64,000 nt of DNA from Felis catus (taxonomy: Eukaryota), in the NCBI RefSeq assembly GCF_018350175.1, contig NC_058368.1, positions 180,174,001 through 180,238,000 of the forward strand. The letters are read 5' to 3'. The position numbers were made by a program, and so were the translations under genes. Below the pieces are notes generated by a model. That model worked only from the letters and a program-made list of their open reading frames with translations, did no database searches and had not been told where the DNA came from. Shown here piece after piece: positions 22,950-35,879 of the stretch (its first letter is position 1; each line of letters opens with the position of its first letter).

Positions 22950-25900
22950 TTCCCAGTCTTTTACTTAAGCAAATTGACTTCATCCATTTTTTCCCAGTTT
23001 TCAACCTGGTTTTCCTGGTAACAACTCTCTTTTCATACTTAAGTTCATTGGTAGGTACAACTTTTAACTAATTTATATAATTCTAATAGCAAGTGCAACT
23101 GGCATAAGCAGGTTTGGGAACAAATGCAACTGACTGATAGTGGTAATTAGCACACAAGTCAACTGATGGAAATAAAAACTATGGGTTTTATTTACTCCTA
23201 TGTATGAGCATTTAGAATGCTGTGAGCATTTGTCAATATATTTTTCAGGCAGAATGGATAGTGTGGGTTAATCTAGCAATGCAATTAAGTAGAAGTCAGT
23301 TAACAGAGCTTTTGCTAGAAATTAAACCTCCCAAATGGACAGACATGAGTTTTCAGATTGAAAAATCCCACCAAGCACCCAGAAAAATAAATTTAATCCA
23401 TCATTGAGAAATGTCACTGTGCTGAAATAAGGAGAAAACCCTAAAAGAATCCAGAGAGGAAAAAAACAATATTCACCTACAGAGCAAAGAAAGTTGTAAT
23501 TGCACCAGATTTTTCAATAAGCTTCAAAATTCTGATGGAAAATCATTTTCAGTCGACATTTATGTACAAAGATAAACTATGAACCAAGTATGAGGGAAGC
23601 CCAGCTACATAATCAGTTATGCAAGATCTCCCAAGCAATCTTTCTTATGGAGGTAGTGGAGAATATATAAGGAACACAGTAACACAAGGGAAGACGCCGA
23701 ATCCAGGAAACAGAGGGCCCAACCCACAAGTGTGGGCAAGTATCAGCTGTCCAGATGAGAGAAGAAAGATGTAAGGAAGCAGAAGAGATGTCTCTGGTAG
23801 GGGGAGAGAGGAGAGGAGAAACAAAGTATTGAAAGGAGTACCCGATGTCTCTGAACATTTAGAAATATTATTGATAGGCATTTGACAGATTTTAGCAGCA
23901 ATGGGAATAAAGAGCAATAAGTACTTTGAAAACTAAGCAAATGACAAATACTGAAGGACCGCATCAACTAGAAAAAAAACAGCAGTTGTATAAAAAACAA
24001 GAAACAAAAAAGTATCAGAGCATAACTTTTGGCTGAACAAAGAACAGTATTTATACAGAATAATACAAACTCTGCCTATTGACTTAAAAACTGATGTAGA
24101 AGTAGAATGTAAGCTTTATGAGAACTGAAACCCGGGTGCCTGGCTGGCTCAGTCAGTGGAGCATGCGACTCTTGATCTTGGGGCTTTTCGAGCCCCATGT
24201 TATGTGTAGAGATTACTTAAAAATAAAATCTTAAAAGAAAAAAAGAACTGAAACCTCATCCTAGTCACTATTATATCCTAGTATTTAGGACAGTGTTTGG
24301 TACATTGGAAATGTTTAAACGATGTATCTTGTTTTTAATGATAGTATTTAGAGCTCAAAATTTTAAGTGAAGGCTAACAGAGTTTTGTTTTTTGTTTCGC
24401 TTTGTTTTGTTTTGTTTTAAAGATCTCTAATGCGAGACTTCCTGGGGCCATACAGAAAACTAGCTGGTGGTGTGAAGACTGCCATTCTCCCAGGCACCTC
24501 ATCCATGTAAAAACGTGTTCTCACAGACCGTCCCCACTCATCAGTGTCCCATCTTGGTGTCCCAGCCCTGGATATTCACAGCTGGTGGTCACACTGCGCT
24601 CATGCTGCACCCATTAGACTGATACATTGGATCTGAAGCTATGTCAGTCACTCTTGGTGGGGCAAATTTGTTGTTCCAAATGAATTTAGCCTATGTTAAC
24701 AGACAAGAAAAGTTTCTGATGGATTCTGCCCCTTCCCCCCCAATCTGCATAGTTTGGTTCTACAAGTGTTTATTTTCTACACAATTGTAGATCTCTGATC
24801 ACTAACAACATACAACATAATTTTTCCCAATGTTTATCCTTGTTCCCCCTCTGATTATCAACATAATAAATAAAGATTGCAGAAACCTTGGAAGAAGAAA
24901 AAGAAGTAAAATTAAAGTAAAAATAATGTAAAGAAGTAATCCTTCCATACACTAGATGTTAACTAAATGGAATTTAAATAAAAATTTGAGGTAGGGGGAA
25001 GAGGTAATCCTTCCAAATAACCAGAGATAACACTATTAAACATTTTTTTTCTGAGCCCCTTTTTTTTCTTCTTGACATTCAGATTTTACTATTGTTAATA
25101 TTATTTCATGCTTAGTTTATTAACCATCGGAAATAAGCATTTCTCCAATCATTAAAAACAAACCTTATAAGCAATATGAAAGATTGTTTCAAACTTATTG
25201 CCCTTAAAAGAGCATTTTAGCTGCTAGGAAAACCCCTTTTTATAAAAACGGTAAGGGAACAGAATATTTCCTCAAAGTGCTGGTCCGTGGGAGGAAGTCC
25301 ATGTGATACACTGGGGTGAGGCTTTACCACCTGGGGCTCCACACTCAGGCTTTGATTCTAATACTAGTGTGCCTCTTACTAGCCAATGACCTTGGAAGTT
25401 TCCTTATCTGTAAAATGGGGATAATGATATCTCCCTCACAGAGTTATTAGAAAGATTAAAAGAAATATGGCGTGTCAAGTGTTTAGCACCACACCTAGAA
25501 AAGAGTAAGGACCCAATGAATACCAACTGCCATCAGTCTCCTTCCTTCCATCGTCATCCTAATTAAGGGTTAAGACAAGCAGACACTCCTAAAGCTTGGT
25601 TCCATCTCCTGCGGTTAAAATAGCATCTCAGAGCTTGTTGTCTTTGCTTATTTGATCCTGAATATTTCTGTTCCAATTAATACTTAGTTTCCTTTTGGAA
25701 TGCTGTAGCATTTTGCCTTCCAAAGCCAGCATTTAATTAATGCTTTCACCCATTCTGTGCCTTACCCTCTTATCCTTGAGAAATGTTAAAAATCTAACTG
25801 CCAACTTTGGCCGCAAGCCACATGTGAGAAAATAAACGCATGGGCTAAACATTCTTTGTTGTAAAATGAAAAGAAGAAAGAGAACTGAGTAAGTTCTGAG

Positions 25901-27061
25901 TGAACCATAACCTGGGCTGTATGCTTTTTCCACCAAAATTCTGCAGTGCAGGTATTTTACTCCTTCTTGGCAGATCAGAGAGGGAAAGCAAATTGCCCAC
26001 AGTCACAGAGCTAGGAAGTGGCAGATTTAGAAATGGGAGCGAATTCTCTCAGATTTCAAAGATCTGGCATCTTCCACACTACCATGCCACCTCTAGAATG
26101 TGCACTGCCCAAAAAAGTTCAGAAAACACTCCACCATCAATAATAGTTGATATTTACTAGGCAGTCACTAGATGCCCAGTGCTCAATCTATTTCATGCAG
26201 GATCTCATTTAAGCCTTATGTTAGCATCATGAAGTAAAAACAGGTATCATCCTTGAAGAGGAAAAGTGAGGCTCAGAGAACTGAAGCCACATGCTTGAGG
26301 CCATGCTGCTATGAAGAGTCATTGCTGGGACTCTAACCCAGGTCCATGTGACTCCTGGAAGCAGGCTCTGAACCACCACACCCTCCTCCTTCCCTGTCAT
26401 CCTTCCCTCTCTTGCCCACTCATAACATCTGGTTGAAAAAAAGGAAATCAATTCTTATACCCCAAGTTCTTCATATTGATTCTCTAACTCAGTTCGTAAT
26501 TAGCGAACATGGAGTGAACATCCCAGGAACCAAGGGGAGCAAAGACAAAGTCCTTTGTAACAGGATTCCTGTTGTGTCCATAATTATCCAACTATGAGAT
26601 CCCAGAAAGCAAACCTGGCTCCACAGTCACACTTTGCTAGGTCTCTTCATTGTCCCTGTGCCAAAAGCCATCCCAGTAGAGACAATATCAAGCATTACAA
26701 TGAATTAAAATATCTTCAAGCCTGAAACTGTTTTCCAAAGAAATTGGGCCAAAGGCCAAACTTTGATCTTCTCTCTCCTGAGGCTGAGGATCTGATTCCC
26801 CTGAGACAGTTTTCTGAAAAGAACAACAGACTGTGCTCCTTGATCAAAGAAGAGGCCACAGACTGACAGGGGAGGATGTAACAGGCAGGTTGCCAGGGTG
26901 GGGTCAACTCTATGATCCTGTGAGGGCTCCAGAATGCCCTGGGGACATCAGGCTACAATAGGACTCCTATTGAGACCATATTCTTACTTAGCTTTTTGTC
27001 ACCCTGTCTTGCTTCCTCATTCCCCTTTTCCTTTTTTGCTCCCTCAAAAAATTATTATTTT

Positions 27062-27533
27062 TTAATTATTATTATTATTTTTAATGTTTATTTATTTTTG
27101 AGAGAGGGAGAGATGACAGAGTGTGAGCTGGGGAGGGGCAAAGAGAGGGAGACACAGAATCCGAAGCAGGCTCCAGGCTCTGAGCTATCAGCACAGAGCC
27201 TGATGCGGGGCTCGAACCCATGAACTGTGAGATCATGACCTGAGCCGAAGTCGGATGCTTAACCGACTGAGCCACCCAGGCACCCCCCCCTTTTTTTTTT
27301 TTTAATTTTTTTTTTTAATTTTTTTTTTCAACGTTTTTATTTATTTTTGGGACAGAGAGAGACAGAGCATGAACGGGGGAGGGGCAGAGAGAGAGGGAGA
27401 CACAGAATCGGAAATAGGCTCCAGGCTCCGAGCCATCAGCCCAGAGCCTGATGCGGGGCTCGAACTCACGGGCCGCGAGATCGTGACCTGGCTGAAGTCG
27501 GACGCTTAACCGACTGCGCCACCCAGGCGCCCC
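27062..27533 (-). mobile_element. Two tandem reverse-strand Can-SINEs
   Basis: Heads end at about 27285 and 27533. The second is the young gtggcgcagtcgg/tcccaaaaa subfamily. Confidence 0.92.
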
Positions 27534-27579
27534 AATTTTTTTTAATGTTTATTTATTTTTGAGATCAAAAAATTATTTA

Positions 27580-29030
27580 AACAATAAACCCCATCTCAGG
27601 TTCTGCTTGTAAGGAAACCAGTCCAAAACAGTGGGTACCAGAAAGAGTCCTAAGAAACAAAATGCTTGCCACAGCAATGCCATTGCTAAGACTTCCACCT
27701 ACAAAGAAGAGGCAGTGGTGAAGTTGAAGGGAACACCAGATAGTACAATCCCTCTGGCATCTGAAAGGTCTGGGGCAAATGCTAACCAAACAGACCATGG
27801 GATTGGGTGGTTCTTGCTAAGTTCTTCAATGTGTTGAAGAAAGAAGATGACAGATTCATTGATAAACAATTCCAGAGGGCCTATTTGGCAATAATTTAAA
27901 GAGATACTTACCTCCCACAGCTTGTGGGCTACCAGAGCTGAAGAGCAGGTACAGGACTGCACTCTAAGAATGGCAGAACTTCAAAGAATGCCAGGTGCAT
28001 CCCTTTACACCAAAGACAAGGCCCTGACAGGGAAAGAAGGGACACTGATCCTTGGGAGAGGCTATCTGTAGAGATAAACCAAGAGAGTCCTGAATCCTGT
28101 GGACCTGCTGAAGTGTCCCTGTTCCCTTACTGGAAGATAAACACTCTACCTTGCTTAAAAATGAGTCAGGTGCTTTATAAAACAATATCTTCCCTCCTAT
28201 AGATTTGTCCCACCTCCACTCCTGGCCACCAGACTGATCATGGGGGTAAAACCTTAGCATGGACCAACTCAGAAAATGCTAGGCCTACTGAGGAAAGAAA
28301 GGGATTATATATCAGATCTGGCCAATGTTCATAAACCAAACTGAGGGAGAATGTCTGTGGAGGATTCCAAGGGTGATAGATCGATAAGATATAAGCTCGA
28401 TATAAGCTTATAAGATAAGATATAAGCTCGATAAGGTAGTTTGTTGATGTGAAGGGGTCCTCTCTCCAGTGCCACAGGATGGCCCGAGGGGTTGGTTCTA
28501 ATATGCTGGTGGGAGGCTCTTGAAAGATTAGGAAAAGCAATGAGCCAAACTGAACAATGCAGAGATGCCACAGCTGCCATTGCAAACTGGAGGGGAGGTC
28601 TGATGAGCTCAGAGAAGTAGGCATGCTAGAATGGGCCTACCATATAAGACAGGAAAACCCACCAGCCAACCATGCTCCTTGGGAAGGCCTGGAGGACTCC
28701 CCCTTTACCAATGAGATCAGAAAGTATTAGTGAGGTTGGCAACAGTACCCCAAGAAGCTCCATCGTGGCTGTCCTTTATAGGAGATGCTGTAACAGAACT
28801 GTGTTCCCCAGGAAAAATAAAAAAGTGAAATTCCAGAATACCAAAGACAAATGGAAGCACTCAACCATATGAAACAAGATGGGTACAATTACCATAAAAG
28901 GCAACAAGGGTGGAATAGTGGCCAGGGCTCCTGGACCTGCAGGCATCTATATAGCTGGTTCATCGAATATAGTAATGTTGGGAGCAAATTAAGATAGTTA
29001 CCTAGGGTATACACAATCAGAAGAGATCAA
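27580..29030 (+). mobile_element. Ancient ERVL-class internal remnant (LTR end, PBS region, degenerate gag)
   Basis: LTR16/33-like end (aataaaccccatctcaggttctgct...ccaaaaca) followed by gtgggtaccag. ERVL gag motifs EMPQLP, LREVGMLEW and EGLEDSPFT near 28560-28710. Confidence 0.65.
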
Positions 29031-29084
29031 GAATGGAAGAAGCACAGAATGAGATCAGAGATACTCACAAGTATAAGATCAAGG

Positions 29085-30187
29085 CAATCACACAGGGTCC
29101 AATGCTCAGAAGGGCCTCTTGCTTGGAGTTTAATGCTCTGCACTTGCCATCTTGAACTTCTTAATAATTTTATCTTTGAATCTGCTTTGTAGGGGAAGTC
29201 CTATTAAATTAAGACAGTAAAGATGAACAGAGACTTGGGAGTCTTGGTTCACAGGTAGTGCCACTTCCCAGCACCTCTCTGCCTCCTCTACTTCCTAACA
29301 CCCTTCATTCTCCCCCACCTCTCCCTCCCTGCCCTGTCCAGTGATGGTAAAAGCCCTCTGCCCTTGGCAGGGGCCTGAGTGCAGACATTAGGAAAGGTGG
29401 GGTTGGGCAAAATGGTAGCTGTCCCTTCTTCTGGCTGGCAATGCCATGGCACATTTGGCAAGCATTGTGACAAGAACAAGCCTCTCACCTATCCCCCATG
29501 CAGGTAACCGTATGTCCCAGAATGGAGGTTGAAATAAGCTTAGGGTCTCCTTCCACTGTGGGTTGGAGTGGGTAGCCTGTGGGAAGGGGAGGTTCCTGGC
29601 TCAAATTTCTCAGCCAAGATGCATCATGGCAGGTGCTGGTGTATCTTTCTGCCTTGCACACCCTCCCTTCCAATCTTCCTGGGTCTGGCTTGTGTTTGTG
29701 TCTTCTGATGAGGCACCTTCTGGGGATGAACCACAGAAATACAAATTAATGTAATTTTGGTGATATTTGCCTTTCAAATTGGCATTGCACAAAATGAAGA
29801 TAAATGGTAAAATTCATGCTAATAGTTAAAATTTTTCATTTTCCTTTACTTAGAACCACATTAAATAGCAAATAAAAATACCATGGCAAGTTGAATAAAA
29901 ATGGTAGAAAGAAGAAAAAGGTTTTATATGTTATTATCTCTTTTTTTTTTTTTTTTTTAATTTGAGAGAGTGTGCACAAGCAGTGGAGAGGGGCAGAGGG
30001 AGAGAAACACAGAATCTTAAGCAGGATACATGCTCAGCATGGAGCTTGACGTGGGGCTTAATCCCATGACCCTGGGAACATGACTTGAGTCAAAATCAAG
30101 AGTCAGATGTTCAACCGACTGAGCCACCTAGGCTCATACTAAATATATGTTAGTATCTGGACCTAAAAAATTATGTAACCAGTTCTG
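29085..30187. mobile_element. Probable hAT-Tip100 (MER91/Zaphod-like) DNA transposon remnant
   Basis: cacacagggtccaatgctcagaagggcc...tttaatgctctgc...ttcttaataatttt at the left end and aattatgtaaccagttctg at the right end. Contains a SINE. Family recalled from memory. Confidence 0.5.
29940..30133 (-). mobile_element. Can-SINE
   Basis: Poly-T followed by a reverse SINE body. Confidence 0.85.
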
Positions 30188-32281
30188 CTCACTCCCCATC
30201 TCCTGAGAGCACTGCCCCCCATAAATCACTTGAACAGGATCCCTATCCTTCTCCCACCCAGCTATTAGAAAACCTAACATAAGACACATGGCAATTTATC
30301 CAGAAAAGAAGAAAATAGAATTCCGCCAAAAAACATGGGAGCAGTAAGAAATAGGCATTGTGTCCTGTAGCAAGAGCAGAACTGAGTTCTCCTCAACTGT
30401 CACACTTTCTCTTCCTCCCAAACTCACCCCGAGTTCCTCTCTAAAACCAGTAGACAGGGTTATCTCTGGGGTTCCCCCAGCACCTTTGTTCATTTACTCC
30501 ACAGGCAGGGGTTGAACACCTAATAATAACAGCTATCAGACAAGTGCTTACCATGCCTTGTGGCCAATCCACAGGTCAACTCTAGGCAGCAGGTAATACG
30601 ATCCCCATGTTAGAGACAGGATACAACCTCACTGGCATGGGGTCACTTGCCCAAGATCACTCATCAAACAAGTGACAGACTCAGGATTAGACTGCAGGCA
30701 TCTGCTTTTCATCACCAGATTACTTATCCTCTGTCTGCCCTATGCTAGTACTGGAGCTAGAGAGGTGAGCAAGACACAGTCCTTACAAAAGCACATCTTG
30801 TTAGTGAAATATTGGCTTATTTATACATATTGCAGGCTTAATGATATTTACAAACAATTTGCATCTAATCAGAAAGTCCCAAAATAGAAAGGGGGCTCAA
30901 AGTAAGTCTAAATATGTCTCCCCTTCACTAGCCAGCTAGCCTTCCCAGGAGGGTCAGTATGGCCTCCTGGAATCAGACAGCTCTAGTGATGGGATGCTCA
31001 CTCCCACACTGGAAATTTCCACCTATTTTCTCCAGTAATCACCACTGGAAAGAACATACTTACCATCTATTCCTTTGTAACTATTTCTCTTTGGTCTAGC
31101 TCTACTCCTGAGAGCACAAACTAGAAAAGACAAGCAACAGCCCCAACCAGCAACAGCCCCTCACACAGGGGTGAACACTGCTGGTCTCCCTATGACTTCT
31201 ATAGGATATGGTTTCCCAACCCCCCTCACATCTTGGCTGCCTTGTCCACTCATTCCAGTTCCATAAAGGCAGACTCTCTTGATTCCAAGTGTCAAAAAGC
31301 AAAATCAACCTGATTAAAAAAACAGAGAAACTGGAAGAACTGCATTTATTGGCTCAAGTAACTGAAAATGGAAGCCTGACAAGATGGAGGAACTGGAATG
31401 ATATATGAGCATGGAGTCTCTTGCCTTGTGTACTCCACTCTGCGGTAAGCTCTCTCTAGAGGGTTGAAGCAGAAGAAGCAGGCTTACATCCCCAGAGCTT
31501 AGCATCCCTGAGGGGGAAAGAAGGCCAATAAAAGCACTAAGGTTGAGCCTCATTGGTCCAGCTTTGGATTGTATTGCCAACCTTGAACCAATCACTGTGG
31601 CCAGAGGAATGGAACATGCTAATTGCTAGGCTTACCTAGAGGCTTACCTGGACCTGGAACAGGGAAAAGAGTGGGAGAAGGTTAGTTTCCCAAAGGAAAA
31701 AAAAAAAGTCAAGTTACTTTTATAAGACATGAGAATGAATATTCAGCAGGCACAACCCACAGATGCCTTCCAAACACCCACAGCCAAAAGCATGACACCA
31801 TGTGGTCTGACAAGCCCCGTGATGGCAAGATTCTAATTCTTTCTGTCCTGCCCAAGGGAGAAAGATGGTTTCTGGGGCTCCAGTGGGAACTGTGACTTGG
31901 ACTCATGTTCAATTTTTTTCCTTTTTCCTCTCTTTTCATTTCTTCTTTATCCAACCCACTAACACAGACCCAGACTCCTTCCTGTTGAATCCAGAGGCAG
32001 AGAGAAAGACACATGGTATACTAAGGGACCTGGATTCCTTTGGCCTCCCAGAACCTGAGAAGACTACCAATCCCAAAGACACTCCTTACAGGGGAAAGAC
32101 AACCCAGGACTAGTGGGATTATCTTGAGGCACTCAGGGGAACTGATGGAGAAATAGCTCCTTCCAAGTGATCAGGTTACACAAGTCACTCTTCCAGGTAG
32201 GCCTCACTTTACATAACATACATGATTCTGTACAGGTTGGTAATTTTTTAAATATCAAATTATAGTTTAAATGTACTGTGA

Positions 32282-32490
32282 GGGGCACCTGGGTGGCTCA
32301 GTCGGTTAAGCATCTGACTTCCGCTCAGGTCATGATCTCATGGTTTGAGTTCCAGCACCATGTTGGGTTCTGTGCTGACAGCTCAGAGCCTGGAGCCTGC
32401 TTAGGATCTGCGTCTCCCCCTCTCTCGCGCACTGTCTCTCTCTGTCTCTTAAAAAATGAATAAACGTTTAAAAAATAAAATAAAATAAAT
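32282..32490 (+). mobile_element. Can-SINE
   Basis: SINE head, body and tail. Confidence 0.92.
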
Positions 32491-33152
32491 ACACTGTGAA
32501 AATAATATAATAAAAGCTACCTACCATTAATTAAGTATCCTCTACTTGCGGGGATATTTTAAAATTTTATGAACTGGGTATTATCATCACCATTTTGCAG
32601 CTGAGAAAACTGAGTCTCAGAAACTGCCCAAGATTCCAAGGGCAGTAAATGACAAAGCAAGGATTTGAATCTAGGCCTGTTTGCCTCCAAAGCCCCCATT
32701 ATGTTTTCTATTCACACACACTAAAGCAAAGGAACCCTACAGCAGTGATTTTTATAATATTCTTGATAATGCCGCAGAATGTCAATTTTGTGCATGTAGA
32801 TTTTTATATTCAAACTTGTTTATAGTACAGTGTACCTATGAGTTATTCTGATGGTTTATGAGAAAAATCAGTATCGAATGCTTTCTGACAATGAGGTTGC
32901 AGACATACAAGCATATTTATTCATCCACTCAAATGTGCTCTGTCCTGTACTGTGCCTTCCATATGCAGTTCAGCATGGTGGTCAAGACAAGATCTATGGC
33001 ATCAGACTGTCAAGACTTCGCTCCAACTAGGTGAATGGCCCTGAAACACCACCTTACAGGTCCGCATCATAAAATTAATGCAACAATAGGACCTATGCCA
33101 TATGAGTTTTACAAAGATCAAATGAAATAAGTTACCAATTCTCAGCACCATA

Positions 33153-33203
33153 CCCTAACCCTAACCCCTAACCCCTAACCCAAACCCTAACCCTAACCCT
33201 AAC
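33153..33203. repeat. Interstitial telomeric repeat (CCCTAA)n, ~8 units
   Basis: ccctaaccctaacccctaacccctaacccaaaccctaaccctaaccctaac read directly. Confidence 0.93.
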
Positions 33204-33573
33204 GTCGTAAGTATTCAATGAATGCTCCTACAAGACTATAAGCAATATGAGGGCAGGGAGTGTGTGAACTTTTCTTCACCACTCAACCTTAGAACCTCGT
33301 CCAGTGCTTTGCATGCTGTAGGCATTCAATAAACATTTGTTAAATGAATACTTTATTTAAGCTAGATCATTTAATCCTTAACTAATCCAAAAAGTAGGGA
33401 CAGAAAATAAACAAACACAACTTGTTTAACATATAATAATTTTAGGCAGTGTTAAGGGCAGGAAGAAAAACAAAACAGAGAAGAATAATGAGTGAGAGAA
33501 AAAAAAGGGTGGGGTGGGGGGAACATGTGTTGTAGATAGCCAAGAACTAAACCAATTTAGACCTAACAGGGAG

Positions 33574-33981
33574 TGTTATGGACTGAACATTTGTTTTCCC
33601 CTGCCCCCCACCCCGCCAAATTCAATGTTAAAGCCCTACCCCTCAGTGTGGCTGTATTTGGAGATGGGGCCGCTAAGGTTAAATGAAGTCATAAGGATGG
33701 GGCTCTGATCCAACAGGATTAGTGTCCTTACAGAGGAGGCATCGGAGAGCCTACTCTTCCCATCAGTCTCTGCACGTGCATCTAGGAAAGACCATGTGAG
33801 CACACAGGGAGATGAAGGCCATGTATAAGCCAAGAGAGGAGGCCTCAGGAATGAACTTACCTTGTCAGCACCTTCACTTTGGACTTCCTAGCCTCCAGAA
33901 CCATGAGAAATAAGTTTGTGTTGTTTAAGCCACCCAGTCTGTTACGGCATTTTGCTACGGCAGACCGAGCCAAAAAAGACA
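33574..33981 (+). mobile_element. MLT1A/B-type MaLR solo LTR
   Basis: tgttatggactgaa...gtatttggagatggggcc...ggacttcctagcctccagaaccatgagaaataa...gtttaagccacccagtct...aagaca. Confidence 0.85.
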
Positions 33982-34884
33982 GGGCAGGTTCTAGGAAAAG
34001 GGAACATCAAGTGCAAAGGCCCTAAAGGAGCCTGGTATTCAGGAACAGCAGAAGGCCAGTAAATGAACAAGACAAAAAGTGGCAAGACAGAGGGTCAGAG
34101 AGCCACACCAGTCCTACCCATAGGCTCTAACAGTACCGTACCAAAAGCAAGCCCTCACTCCAAACAAAATCATTATTATCAGCACCATAATATTTAAAAT
34201 GAACAACTGACTTTTTCCCAAACTTAGATAAAGGATAAATAAAGGCCTTTTAGAAAACTAAGATACTATAGTTCTATAACAGTCTATAGATAAAAAATAT
34301 CCTTGCCATGCAAATTTAGCTTCTATGCAAATCAGACATGGCCCCCTACTGTGAAATTCTGTGTTAACCCCTGGAAACAGAACCCTTTCCCTCTCCCTCA
34401 GGCAGTGACAAGTGTGTTCCAGCTCTAAGCCACCAAAGCTATGACCCTCAACCCCTAGATGGGGCCCGTGTGAACAGTGCTAGGGAAAGGCTCCAATTTC
34501 TCTATGCTATCAGATCTGGCCAAGCCTGTTATTTTTCCTGCCAAGGTAGATCAACAGACATGGTTAATGCTGAAATCCCTGGAGGTAATTAAACAGCAAA
34601 ACTGGGCTTGGCCTCAGAGAAGGATGGAGGGAGGGGGCTATATAGATTTTCCTTTCTTCAATGCCAGCCAGCACTACAAAATTGGCATTGTTATCTACTT
34701 TCCTCCTGGTGACATTTACTTTTGAAGCAAAAACAAAAACAAAACAGGGAAGAGGAGTCAGGTGGATTGGGAAATCAAATTCAGAGGTGGACATAGCTTT
34801 AGGCATAAATGTCTGCCTTTTATCTGAAGAAATGGTTTGCAACTGGCAGCAAACTTGCCCACCTAATCTGTATCCCCCTGGCCC

Positions 34885-35045
34885 TTCTCGCAATATGTGG
34901 AAACATTTTTGGTTATCACACTTGGGGTCAGAGGGAGTGCTACCATCATCTTGTGGGTAGGGGCCAGGGATATTGCTAAACATCCTACTGTGCACAGGGA
35001 AGCCTTCCACAACAAAGTCTCATCCAGCCCAAAATGTCAACTCTG
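34885..35045 (-). mobile_element. MER20-like fragment
   Basis: Reverse-complement similarity to 14734-14961 (gaaacatttttggttatcaca...gctaaacatcctac...cccaaaatgtcaa). Confidence 0.7.
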
Positions 35046-35879
35046 ATTTAAGAAAACAGGACAAGGAAAAATAAACTCAAATATTTAAGGGCCTTCCATG
35101 TACCAAATGATATACACATATACCTACACATACACATATGCCATTTAGTCTCTACACCAAGTCCACAAAGTGATGCCCATTTCCTAGATGAAAAAAATAG
35201 AATGCGGACTTCACCCAGTTAGTAACTGGCACAGGTAGCAACTTCACAGGAGGAATTTGAACCTGACTCTGGGTGGTTCTCACTAAACTGTGAGCTCCAT
35301 GAGGACGGGGACCTTGGCAACCTTGTTTACTTCCTCATACCTAGTGCCTAGCAGAATTTATACTTAATGGAAATATAATAAAGACTTCTTTGAATTAATA
35401 AGTATCTGAGTCAGTGGACCTAAAGTACATGATTGTTTCTTCCCACCACTCCTTAGAATAATGAAGATCCTCACGATATCCCTCTAGGGTTCCTGTCAAG
35501 TCAATATGTTGCATGTCAGAGTCAGAAATCTCCCTAGGCCAGCACAAGTAAAAATGGAAGTTTATGGAAAAATGCAAGGGTATTATGGAAACAAAGCATC
35601 ACCAGGACTAAAGGCTTGGAAAGCCACCAGGAACCAGAGTGCCTCATGTTCTCTATAATGTCTACATCTTGGTTTTCTTTTCCAACAGAAGACTTGCACT
35701 GTGTAGCTATCTTGCAGATGGTCCTATGTACCAGCCTCAGCAACATTTTGACTCTGAAAGTCCCCATGGCCTTTCAGCTTGGCTCTCCTTAGTTAAGTAG
35801 CTTAGTCTATCCATATCCCAGTTATTATACATTCCCTGAGGAGGGATGAGATTGGCATAGCCTGGGCTAACCTTCAAGA

